Shown: positions 9,253 through 17,899, counted from the stretch's first letter. The stretch is DNA of 19,702 nucleotides from Oligoflexus sp. (GCA_041736305.1 JBGSTX010000212.1:1-19702), one strand, 5' to 3'. Numbers and translations are program-made. Notes: a model not told the origin generated them from the letters alone.

Positions 9253-10356
9253 TTATGGAACTTCCTTCAACTTTTGGCCTTCTAAAGCTTCGAGTAGACG
9301 GGCCCGTCCTTCGCGAACTTTTTCTTTCAAATGCGGATCGTCGCAAGACTCGAAAAGTTTATTCATATAATGAATAACTTTATCCCAGCGCCGGGCTTCG
9401 AGATGGATCTCAATGATATTTTCAAGCGCTTCTAGCATCCGCGGCGCCAGCTCAAGACTTTGCAAAAAATTCGACTCTGCCTCTTGATGCCGATCCAGCT
9501 GCTCCTCTAGTTCGCCAATTTTGAGATGGATCACCGCCCGATTCAAAGGGCCATCAATTTTCTTGAGGTGGCTCCTGAGTACCCTCAAACACCCCTCCCA
9601 ATTTAGAAGCCTGTAATAAGCCTCATAGTGGATAGTGAAGGTATTGAGAGGGCTATCGACGCAGTACTGCTCTAAAACCTCCACTGCATTTTGTGCTTGG
9701 TCTAGTTGATAGAGGTAAACAGCTGCCAGCTCTTGGGCACTCCGAAATCGATCATTGATATGTTTCGCATTTTGAAAGAGGCTTTGCAAGACTTGGACAA
9801 CTCGCTCCCACTGATTGTTTTGCGTATAGACCACTTTAAAATAGCGCAGAGCTTTCAGATTATTAGGATCTAGCTCAATCAGTTTTTCATAGCTACGATT
9901 GAGCATCGTTTCATCAAATTTCTTCTTCTCGTAAATCAAGCAAAGGCGTTCCAGGCAAGCTACAGAATCTTGCTTGGTCCTAAATCTTGGCAATGCGGCT
10001 TGCAGAATCACGGCCTCTTGCTCGTGGTCGTGCTCACCAATAATAGAATGGAGAGCACTTTCGCGAAATTGCCAGTAGCTCAACTTCAGATCTTTGAGCA
10101 GCTTACCGCAAATCTTTGCAGCTTTTTGGATGTCTTCGAGATGAACTGCATAGGCCTGAGCCGTGCGGACATAATAGACAAGCTGACGCTTTTTTGGGTT
10201 GTCTATTTGCGCTTCAAGAAGTCGAAAATAATGAGACCAGCACTCATAGGACTGCAATCTATCCAAAACCGGCTCAAGATTAGAGTCGCTAATGAGCGCA
10301 CCTTTGTTAAGCTGCGTCACGAGTTCAGTGATACTCTGAGCGGCAGAAACTTCCAT
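9253..10356 (-). CDS. tetratricopeptide repeat protein
   Basis: TPR-like units (YEKLIELDPNNLKAL; IHLKIGELEEQLDRHQEAESNFLQSLELAP). It ends 3 nt before the next start codon. Confidence 0.88.
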   Translation of the reverse strand: MEVSAAQSITELVTQLNKGALISDSNLEPVLDRLQSYECWSHYFRLLEAQIDNPKKRQLVYYVRTAQAYAVHLEDIQKAAKICGKLLKDLKLSYWQFRESALHSIIGEHDHEQEAVILQAALPRFRTKQDSVACLERLCLIYEKKKFDETMLNRSYEKLIELDPNNLKALRYFKVVYTQNNQWERVVQVLQSLFQNAKHINDRFRSAQELAAVYLYQLDQAQNAVEVLEQYCVDSPLNTFTIHYEAYYRLLNWEGCLRVLRSHLKKIDGPLNRAVIHLKIGELEEQLDRHQEAESNFLQSLELAPRMLEALENIIEIHLEARRWDKVIHYMNKLFESCDDPHLKEKVREGRARLLEALEGQKLKEVP

Positions 10357-10387
10357 AAGGCAGCCTTCTTGCTTATATTTTGTCTCA

Positions 10388-10417
10388 ATGATAGCAAAAA
10401 GGGGCGACGTTTGTCAG
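10388..10417 (-). promoter_or_regulatory. candidate sigma70 promoter for the TPR-thiolase-like-FadB-like operon
   Basis: The minus strand reads CTGACA-N18-TATCAT with an extended -10 TGn. Confidence 0.5.
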
Positions 10418-10473
10418 GCAAGAAGGCAGAAAAGGAGGGAAGGCTAATAAGGACAGGGAAAAAGCTCTTCCAC

Positions 10474-11070
10474 TCAGTGATAAACCAGTCCATCTAATAT
10501 TTGTTGGCTGGTCGCTTTGACGATTTCATCATAGTCGTAAACAGTTTCATCGAAAAGCCACTGGAGACTGATTCCATCGATAATAGCTATGACGAGTGAA
10601 GCATAATAATGGGGGTTCACTTTTTTAAAGACCCCAGCTTTGACCCCTTCTTCAATTACCCGGGCACAGCTGTCTCTAAACTTTGCATAGTGCCTTGAAA
10701 TGACCTGTCTAACCTCTTTCTTTTGATTAATTTGAGTCCAGAAGTCCATATTCACTTGGTAATATTCTTTAGTACTACGCACTATGTCAAAGCTTACAGA
10801 CATAAAAATACGCAGTTTCTGAACAGGATCCGTAATGGATTCCATATCGGCTACCAAGACATTTTCGATGTCTCCTGCTACCCGATCCAAAACTGACATC
10901 ATCAGATCGTCTTTATTTAAGAAATAGTAATGAATGATGCCCTTGCTCACACCAGCTGTTCGAGCGACATCCTGCATAGAGAAATTATGATAGCCGTGCT
11001 TAGTGATACATTCGACTGTCGCCCGTACTATTTGATCTTTACGTTCGGCTGCTACATCAGGCTTAGACAT
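10474..11070 (-). CDS. TetR/AcrR-family transcriptional regulator
   Basis: HTH RKDQIVRAT...GYHNFSMQDVARTAGVSKGIIHYYFLNKDDL and a BetI-like C-terminus (AIIDGISLQW). ATG at 11070 follows GGTGG. Confidence 0.96.
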   Translation of the reverse strand: MSKPDVAAERKDQIVRATVECITKHGYHNFSMQDVARTAGVSKGIIHYYFLNKDDLMMSVLDRVAGDIENVLVADMESITDPVQKLRIFMSVSFDIVRSTKEYYQVNMDFWTQINQKKEVRQVISRHYAKFRDSCARVIEEGVKAGVFKKVNPHYYASLVIAIIDGISLQWLFDETVYDYDEIVKATSQQILDGLVYH

Positions 11071-11385
11071 GTTGCCACCATACTCACAAACGTTTCCCAG
11101 ATTTGTCGCGCACCACATCCTTTATACAGCTCTTTGACGCGTCCCTTATCAGGTAGCTTAAGCTGTCCACTCTTTTTTAAGGGTGTCACTCTAGCTGCGA
11201 AAGGGCGACATGGAACGGGAATGGCGCGACGAAGCCGATAGGTTAACATAGAGGAATTTGCTTCGCAATAATTGCTCTGCCTCAGCTGCAGGCAACCTAC
11301 CTCAGGGTAGCTAAACTTTTCATTTAGGATCTTCAATAAAGAAAACAAATTCTCGAAAAAGATTACAATAGATAGACATGCCCCT

Positions 11386-11414
11386 TTGGCTCTTCCTCGT
11401 CGATATGTTAAAGT
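11386..11414 (+). promoter_or_regulatory. candidate sigma70 promoter for the beta-barrel operon
   Basis: TTGGCT-N17-TAAAGT with an extended -10 TGn. Confidence 0.45.
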
Positions 11415-11464
11415 ATGAAGTATTCAGCTCCCCATGACTTTAAGTCGCTATTTTGGAGACGTCG

Positions 11465-12574
11465 ATGCGATGGCAGAGAACGACAGGCTCAGTTCTTACG
11501 CTTCTATTGAGTTTGACCGCGTTCACCGGCCCCGTTCTTGCCAAAGAGCATTGGACCCAATTTGGGCTCAGGCCAATGGGTATGGGCAACGCTTACGTTG
11601 CAGTGGCGGATGATTTTAATGCTCTATTCTATAATCCAGCAGGTTTGGCTCGACTGGAAGCTTGGGATGGGGAACTGATTAATCCACGGGTGACACTTTC
11701 CACCGGCGTCCGAGGCATTGTCGACGACATACAAAACACTACCAACAGCTCGGGCGTCTCCAGCACGCTCGATCTTATCGAAAAATACACCGGTGAAAGC
11801 TTTCATATAGGACTTGGGCTTACACCCCATCTCATCTTTCCAAATTTCGGTTTTGCTATCGGACTTGAGTTCGGGACTTCGATCGTATTTCACCGTGAGA
11901 TTGCAGTCGATCTCGATGCCGGTGTCCGCGCCATCGTTCCGATCGCCTTTGCGATGAACTTTTTCGATAAGAGATTGAGCGTTGGTCTAGGACTCAAAGC
12001 TCGCGCCAGAGCCGGGGTAGACCATGAATTTAGCATGGAAGACATCCAAGCTTTTCAAAAGAAAACCGCTGATCAAGACGGAAAAGAGCTTGAAGACTAT
12101 GTCTTGGGCGGAATTGGGGCCGGCGCAGATGTAGGCCTCCTCTTCACTCCCACCAAAACTATGGAGCCGACCCTCGGCCTCAGCGTGACCGACTTGGGAG
12201 GAACGGCATATAAAAAAGTAAGCATCACCGATAAAGCTATAGGTCGACCCGATACACAGCATGCAAGTGTCAACGTTGGCATGAGCCTGAAGCCCATCAA
12301 GCGCGACTGGCTCTATCTTCTTACTTCAGTTGATATGCATTCCATAAATCAAGAAACGTCCTTCTCAAAAAAATTATCGCTGGGCTCAGAACTAGGCTTA
12401 GGCAGCATCCTCAAGTTCCAGGCTGGTCTCTACCAGGGGTATATGACAGCTGGCATGCAGTTCGATGTGGGTTTGCTCAACCTGCGTCTACTTACCTACT
12501 CTGAAGATCTGGGTAGCGTAGCTGGTTTTAAAGAAGATCGGCGCATCGCCTTTCAGCTCAAGCTCCTGATCTAG
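11465..12574 (+). CDS. outer-membrane beta-barrel, FadL/TraF-like/PorV-like superfamily
   Basis: Signal peptide (..PVLA-K), the N-terminal motif RPMGMGNAYVAVADDFNALFYNPAGL, and amphipathic Gly-rich strands. ATG at 11465 follows GGAG. Confidence 0.8.
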   Translation: MRWQRTTGSVLTLLLSLTAFTGPVLAKEHWTQFGLRPMGMGNAYVAVADDFNALFYNPAGLARLEAWDGELINPRVTLSTGVRGIVDDIQNTTNSSGVSSTLDLIEKYTGESFHIGLGLTPHLIFPNFGFAIGLEFGTSIVFHREIAVDLDAGVRAIVPIAFAMNFFDKRLSVGLGLKARARAGVDHEFSMEDIQAFQKKTADQDGKELEDYVLGGIGAGADVGLLFTPTKTMEPTLGLSVTDLGGTAYKKVSITDKAIGRPDTQHASVNVGMSLKPIKRDWLYLLTSVDMHSINQETSFSKKLSLGSELGLGSILKFQAGLYQGYMTAGMQFDVGLLNLRLLTYSEDLGSVAGFKEDRRIAFQLKLLI

Positions 12575-12606
12575 TAAAATCCTATTTAATCAATGAGGAT
12601 GTCGCT

Positions 12607-13386
12607 ATGAAGCGTTGCCATAGGAACCTTGCTGCTTCTGCTCTTTTTTTTAGTTTAGGCATTAGCTCGGCTGCTGCGGGGAAGGGATTGGATTCTCTCC
12701 AGGCAGACACGCCACCCGTGTCGGAAACCCCAATTCCCGCGACACCTGCCGCCGAAGCTTCGACTCCGCAACCGGCGCTTGAAGCTCCCGCACCTACACC
12801 AACCCCGAATATACCTCCCGTGGTCACGGAGCCCAAAACAGCGTATTCACCCCTCGGTCCATCACCAGCTAGCAATACGGCTGCCCAGATACAGCCAGGG
12901 CTGCAAAAATTCTACTTATCCTCAGGCCTTTCTTGGGTGAATCTCAGCAGTTCTAAAGGTGGTTGGCATAGCAGCACGATGGGTGACATCGAAGCGGGCT
13001 ACAAGATCATGAATATTTTCCCAAAGCTCGACCTCTTTTCAACCTTTAGGTATCGCCCCATTTCAGCGGATGTCGTCTCGGAACAGAGAGCATATCGCGC
13101 TATAGTCGAGTCTTATCTTTTCGGTAGCAAAGCCATTTTATTGCTTAACCCTAAACTTTTCGTCAGCGGGTCCGCCGAGCTAGGATTCACCGATACTCGC
13201 GTTGATAGCATTGATACGCTGATCGATATCGATCAAGACCTAGAAAAATCCGGAGTTGATCTCAATCTGGGAGCTGGGGTATCTTACATCGTCCTAGATA
13301 AAATAGGCGTTGGTTCTCGCATCGCCTTCGGCACAGGTGCCTACAAGACGATACAGGTTGGACTCGATATAAGCTTCCTCTTCTAA
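12607..13386 (+). CDS. small outer-membrane beta-barrel with Pro/Ala/Thr-rich N-terminal linker
   Basis: Signal peptide, a low-complexity PAT linker of ~65 aa, alternating strands, and a terminal Phe (GLDISFLF). GAGG SD. Confidence 0.78.
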   Translation: MKRCHRNLAASALFFSLGISSAAAGKGLDSLQADTPPVSETPIPATPAAEASTPQPALEAPAPTPTPNIPPVVTEPKTAYSPLGPSPASNTAAQIQPGLQKFYLSSGLSWVNLSSSKGGWHSSTMGDIEAGYKIMNIFPKLDLFSTFRYRPISADVVSEQRAYRAIVESYLFGSKAILLLNPKLFVSGSAELGFTDTRVDSIDTLIDIDQDLEKSGVDLNLGAGVSYIVLDKIGVGSRIAFGTGAYKTIQVGLDISFLF

Positions 13387-13429
13387 AGCCAGTTTCACGA
13401 GCTCCTGCGCCTTATCTTTCGTTTCAGGT

Positions 13430-14986
13430 TTGCAGGAGGTTATCATCATCTCTCAGTCTATCGGAATAGTACTTTTCAGCTTTTTTCTTGCGGCATTCAG
13501 CGCTTGCCGAATGAGGGTCGAGAAGGCTCAGATTATCGTTCAAGCTCCTAATGCAGGTAGTTTCGAAATCTATCGGATTGAATCCGAAGAACCCCTACAA
13601 TTTGTTTCGGAGCAGATTGGTCAATTCAATCAGTCTCTCGACCTTATACCGGGCCAGTACCTAATTCTAGCCGACTGCAGCTACGAGACTATTGTTCTGC
13701 GGCCCAAGGAGGTGCGCAGCCTCATAGCTCATCAGGTGCTGTTCAACCCGCCAGTGGCTCCGGGTCCAGACGATAGCTTTTCGATACAATGCAATCGATT
13801 TGTAAAAACGAAATCCCGACAGCATCTTCACAATCGCTACAGTCTCAATATCTTGCATGGCACCCGCGATTTGCTGGTTGGCATGGTCCCTCTGCGGGTT
13901 CAATTTCCTGATCTTGGCGCGACGCCGAAACCCCAGGTTCTCAGCTACAAACTTTCCGGCCTTAAAGTAGAGGCTTTCCCGGATATGAAACCCAAAACTA
14001 GCTACTTCGTTTCTCCAACCGATGGTCTTCTCTCAATTACGGAGAATCAAGAATTCGGTCGCTGGCAATTTTTGCTCGCGGGGCACTATAGAGTCGAAGT
14101 TAACGGAACTCGAATGGACATCGATCTTACAGAAGGCCAGCAAAATGTGATCGAGCCGGCCTTTCTACGCATCTCCGTATCCGACAAGGTCGATCTTCAC
14201 GCCTCTTCGAGCATTCTTGGTACTCCGCTCTTTGTAGAGCTGAACGAGGGTCACTGGCTTGATCTAAATGAGACTTACCCAGTCTTGCCGGGTGAAGCAT
14301 CTCTGAAGTTAAACGGCTCCCATCAGGAGCATAAAATTCTCTTGACGGAAAAGGCTTTGAACGAAAAAAAGGTCCGATCAGTATTGATAGACCTCGATTG
14401 CTCACCCTGGGACTGGTCCTGTCTCGGCAGTCGTGAGATCTTCCTTTATCAAAAGGATACTGCTTACCCCTTTGCGGAAGGAATTAGCGATGTGCCTCTG
14501 CTATTTTTTGAAGAAGACGCCTGGGTCTCAGTCCAAGGTTCGAGAGATATCCGTTACAAGATACCGGAAAGCAGTCAGGACACTGAGCTTAAAGTTGGTT
14601 TTGTAAAATTTATTCCCAAGCATTCGTACCGTGTCGGTCAAATCACCGACCTCAGTCGCGTTGAAACGAGCGGACTTCCCCTAGCAGGAAACTCCCTTGA
14701 TCTACCAGTCGATGATCCGACTTTAATGCCTTTGATTGTTGGCCGGTATCATCTAACTCAGTACCACTCATTGGCAAGCGCCGATTGGGAACGCCGTCCG
14801 CATCGAGTCAGTTTCAGCGTTCAGTCTAAAGAAACTTCGGAGATACCTTATCCGGTTTTTGTCTCAGAGAAAAAGTTGAAGCAGATTCAAGAAAAACAGG
14901 GGCATCAGCAGAAGCTGGCTCTTGAAAAGAAGTACAGGCTTCTCCAGTGGAAAAATCGCCCCATAATGCCGACCGGCATCGAATAG
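13430..14986 (+). CDS. putative lipoprotein with repeated beta-sandwich (PEGA-like) modules
   Basis: A hydrophobic leader ends in FSA-C (lipobox-like). Recurring L-x-[PAV]-G-x-Y motifs. Start codon uncertain. Confidence 0.65.
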   Translation: MQEVIIISQSIGIVLFSFFLAAFSACRMRVEKAQIIVQAPNAGSFEIYRIESEEPLQFVSEQIGQFNQSLDLIPGQYLILADCSYETIVLRPKEVRSLIAHQVLFNPPVAPGPDDSFSIQCNRFVKTKSRQHLHNRYSLNILHGTRDLLVGMVPLRVQFPDLGATPKPQVLSYKLSGLKVEAFPDMKPKTSYFVSPTDGLLSITENQEFGRWQFLLAGHYRVEVNGTRMDIDLTEGQQNVIEPAFLRISVSDKVDLHASSSILGTPLFVELNEGHWLDLNETYPVLPGEASLKLNGSHQEHKILLTEKALNEKKVRSVLIDLDCSPWDWSCLGSREIFLYQKDTAYPFAEGISDVPLLFFEEDAWVSVQGSRDIRYKIPESSQDTELKVGFVKFIPKHSYRVGQITDLSRVETSGLPLAGNSLDLPVDDPTLMPLIVGRYHLTQYHSLASADWERRPHRVSFSVQSKETSEIPYPVFVSEKKLKQIQEKQGHQQKLALEKKYRLLQWKNRPIMPTGIE

Positions 14987-15001
14987 ATAGTCTAGGCATT
15001 A

Positions 15002-16774
15002 TCAGACTCTCGCTGCTAGAATCAGCTGCTTCGCGTGGGCCAGGCTCGAATGCGTAACCTGGTCCCCAGACAGCAGACGTGCAATCTCTTCTTCGCTTTG
15101 CTGAGCCGAAAGCCTAAAAATCCTAGATTCAGTGGACTTACCTTTTTGGGCTTTCTCTACACGAAAATGCGCATCTCCATAGACAGCCACTTGGGGCAGG
15201 TGAGAAATGCAGACGACCTGAAAACGAGCGGCCAAGTCTTTGAGTTTTTTTCCTACGATGTGTGCCGTATGCCCTGAAATACCACTGTCAATCTCATCAA
15301 AGACCATAACTGAAGTTGTTGCGCCAACCGCCAAGGCTTTTTTAAAGCCTAGCATGATCCGCGAAATTTCACCCCCAGAAGCCACCTTGGCCAGGGGCTT
15401 AAAGCCCTCCCCTGGATTAGCAGCCAGGAGGAATTGGCCTTTTTCTCGCCCATAACGGCTTGTTTCAGTAAGGACACTCACGCAAGCGTGCCAGATAGCG
15501 AGTAGGCTCTGATCGAAGTCACTCAGCTCCAAGTCTGGAATCGAATTGCGGACATCTTGAAACTCAAAATCGATGCTTGCGCCTTTCATATTTAGATCGT
15601 GCAGCTCCTTTACAACTTCGTTGACAGCGGTCTGCGCTGCCTTCCGACGATCCTGGCTTAACTTTTTTGCGAGCTTGTCGACTAGCTTTGCTCTTTGATG
15701 AAGCTCATGCAAGCCTTCGGCTAGTTCTTCCGGAGCTAATTGTGCGAACGACAGCTCTTTTTCCAGACGTTCGTACTCTTGTACGAGATCTTCGATCGAA
15801 CGAACGCTCAGTTTGCGAAAGAGACTCTGATAACCAGCGAGTCGATTCTGGTAGGCTTCGATTTCTTCATCGTCCAGAACATGAGCCGTACTAGCCCGAC
15901 CTAGGTGATAACTCAATTCATCAAGGGATCGACCCATATTTCTAAGGGGCTCTAAAGCACCCTGTACGTCCTGATCTTCTCGCAGAGTTTTCGACTGCTC
16001 AGCTAGCTTCAGCAGTTCCACGAAAGCGCTACTGAGCGATCGACCCTGGTAAGCTTCATCGCACACGTACTGAGCCTGCTGCATAAGCTTTTGCTCACTA
16101 GCATAGCGTCCTGCATCCTGGCAAACCTGAACCGTTTTTTTATAGTCTTCGAGCGAAGGGTCAAAAGCAGCGATAGCGTCAAAGCGGAATTGCAGAAAAT
16201 CCTGCTCTTTTCTCTTCGTATGATATAGCTCCAAGCGCTTCCGAAGAATTTGCAGCTGAGCATGCATCTGAGTTACAGCTTCGAGCACTTGATTTTTCGA
16301 TCGTTGGTCCTTCAAAAATTGGTCGATGTACTCAAGATGAGTCGACGAATCGAGCATCCGATGGTTCTCATGTTGACCGTAGATATCAATAAGAGTCTGG
16401 CCTAACTCCTTCAATAGAGCCTGAGTTATGGGTTGATCGTTGACCCAAGCCTGTGAACGTCCTTTCTGCTGGATTTCTCGGCGAACGATCAAATCGATTG
16501 AGGGCCCCTCTTTCGCTATAAGGCCATGTTGCTCCAAGATGCCTACAGAAGCATGATCTAAAGGCAACTGAAAGCTCGCCGCAACATGTGCCCTCTCAAA
16601 ACCCCGCCGGATAACATCGGGATCTGCTTTGACCCCTAATAGGAGGTGTAATGCCTTAATAAGAATTGATTTTCCAGCTCCTGTCTCACCCGTAATCACG
16701 TTGAGCTTGGAAGAAAACTCTATATTCAGTTCTTCGATGATGGCTAGGCCACGTATCGACAGTTGCGTGATCAT
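15002..16774 (-). CDS. recN: DNA repair protein RecN
   Basis: VITGETGAGKS Walker A, DIYGQHE Q-loop, coiled coil, KPLAKVASGGEISR signature, VFDEIDSGISG Walker B, and ISHLPQVA. Confidence 0.98.
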   Translation of the reverse strand: MITQLSIRGLAIIEELNIEFSSKLNVITGETGAGKSILIKALHLLLGVKADPDVIRRGFERAHVAASFQLPLDHASVGILEQHGLIAKEGPSIDLIVRREIQQKGRSQAWVNDQPITQALLKELGQTLIDIYGQHENHRMLDSSTHLEYIDQFLKDQRSKNQVLEAVTQMHAQLQILRKRLELYHTKRKEQDFLQFRFDAIAAFDPSLEDYKKTVQVCQDAGRYASEQKLMQQAQYVCDEAYQGRSLSSAFVELLKLAEQSKTLREDQDVQGALEPLRNMGRSLDELSYHLGRASTAHVLDDEEIEAYQNRLAGYQSLFRKLSVRSIEDLVQEYERLEKELSFAQLAPEELAEGLHELHQRAKLVDKLAKKLSQDRRKAAQTAVNEVVKELHDLNMKGASIDFEFQDVRNSIPDLELSDFDQSLLAIWHACVSVLTETSRYGREKGQFLLAANPGEGFKPLAKVASGGEISRIMLGFKKALAVGATTSVMVFDEIDSGISGHTAHIVGKKLKDLAARFQVVCISHLPQVAVYGDAHFRVEKAQKGKSTESRIFRLSAQQSEEEIARLLSGDQVTHSSLAHAKQLILAARV

Positions 16775-16976
16775 AATTCTCTATCTAGAAAGAGTTTCTT
16801 TTGTTGAACGAACAGGAGAAGCTGTCTCCTTCCAAGTAATGTCGCTAAGGTGCTCGTCCCTGGCAAGTGACTTTCGTTAGAGGAGAGGAGATGGCTTTTT
16901 GACATTAAATCGGTCCCCTTGCTTTTCTTGAGCGACTTGAGCAAGATAGATTTATCTTCTTAACTAGGCTTCATAC

Positions 16977-17052
16977 GCCATCGTAGCTCAGTTGGTAGAG
17001 CAGCTGATTCGTAATCAGCAGGTCGTGGGTTCGACTCCCGTCGGTGGCTCCA
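16977..17052 (+). tRNA. tRNA-Thr(CGT)
   Basis: Cloverleaf: GCCATCG/CGGTGGC acceptor stem, GCTGA-TTCGTAA-TCAGC anticodon arm, TTCGA T-loop, encoded CCA. Confidence 0.97.
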
Positions 17053-17263
17053 GTTTTTTTCGACTACATTTTTTGCACACCTTAGATCTTCTACCAATTC
17101 CATAAAGACTCTCTGCTGTTCCTCGGCATCAGTTATGCGCAGGATATGTGAGGGGTTGATAGCAGTTCGACTGGAATCTTGACAAATCTATTCACCGGAG
17201 TCATACACTTGTTCAGGTACAGATTCAGACTGATTTAATCGCCAAGCTAAAACTGCCTTTCTA

Positions 17264-17509
17264 TGCCTCCTAGATTGTCCATGCATTGCATCAATCGCGT
17301 TTCCAGCGATGTAAAGCGCGCAAATTTTTCAGTAGAAGAAGTGGTGTGGCTGACTTTAAAATTTTATAAGCGCAATTATACCGAAGGACTTTTTTTTAAG
17401 CTCAGGCGTTATCCACTCTCCTGACCAGACGATGCAAGAGATGGTGGAGATTGGCCGCCTTCTTAGAGTTGAGCACAAATTCAACGGCTACATACATCTC
17501 AACGTAATC
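17264..17509 (+). pseudogene. fragment of putative DNA modification/repair radical SAM gene (TIGR03916-like)
   Basis: Three frames read CLLDC / CINRVSSDVKRANFSVEEVVWLTLKFYKRNYTEGLF / SSGVIHSPDQTMQEMVEIGRLLRVEHKFNGYIHLNVI. Frameshifts at ~17279-17286 and in the T8 run 17390-17397; both ends missing. Confidence 0.88.
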
Positions 17510-17557
17510 TGTTTTGGGCTTACGGCTGTCTTAGCCGTGCACGGTCGCATGCTGAGA

Positions 17558-17770
17558 GCCAACCACCCACCTCTAAAGAGGTAGGCTTGACAGAAGGAGA
17601 CTGACTTCAAGCCTAGTTGACCCGTCTAAGCTTATCGGCGCAAGCCGAAAACGCTGAGGTAACTCAGTTGTATCTCACGAGACTGACAGCCGGGAAAGAC
17701 CGGCACCCCTGGGGATAATCTCCGACCTGGGAGATAGATCACTTACTCCGATGAATCGGTGGGTTTCCTT
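17558..17770 (+). mobile_element. non-autonomous IS200/IS605-type element with omega/HEARO-like RNA 5' end, no ORF
   Basis: Left side G(C)CAACCACCCACCTC-TAAA-GAGGTAGGCTTG...CAAGCCTAGTTGACC..CTAAG resembles the IscB-associated GTCAAC..TAAA hairpin..GCTTG..AAGC..GTTGACCAG.CTAAG start. Right side CCG-ATGAAT-CGGTGGGTTTCC resembles the opposite end hairpin. Recognised from memory of the family. Confidence 0.7.
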
Positions 17771-17899
17771 TTAAGGATATTAGTGAGCCTTCTAACGAAG
17801 CTATTTCGGCGCTAGAAAAGAATAGAATTTCGAAAAAACCTAAGCGTCAAAGCTGCTTGTCCGATGTACGGAGATTAACGAGTGAGATAATAAGCCACA

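Noticed and set aside
17210-17221. Palindrome TGTTC-AG-GTACA as an SOS box shared with recN
   Set aside because: The similar site upstream of recN (TGTTG-AAC-GAACA) has different spacing, so no consistent motif can be claimed.
17800-17865. CCTAAGCG resembling a pistol ribozyme core
   Set aside because: No upstream P1 hairpin with the complementary pseudoknot loop was found.
17780-17880. Possible IscB/IsrB N-terminal remnant after the omega-like element
   Set aside because: No PLMP or RuvC-I motif was recognised in the + strand reading I translated, and the ORF track has no ORF here.
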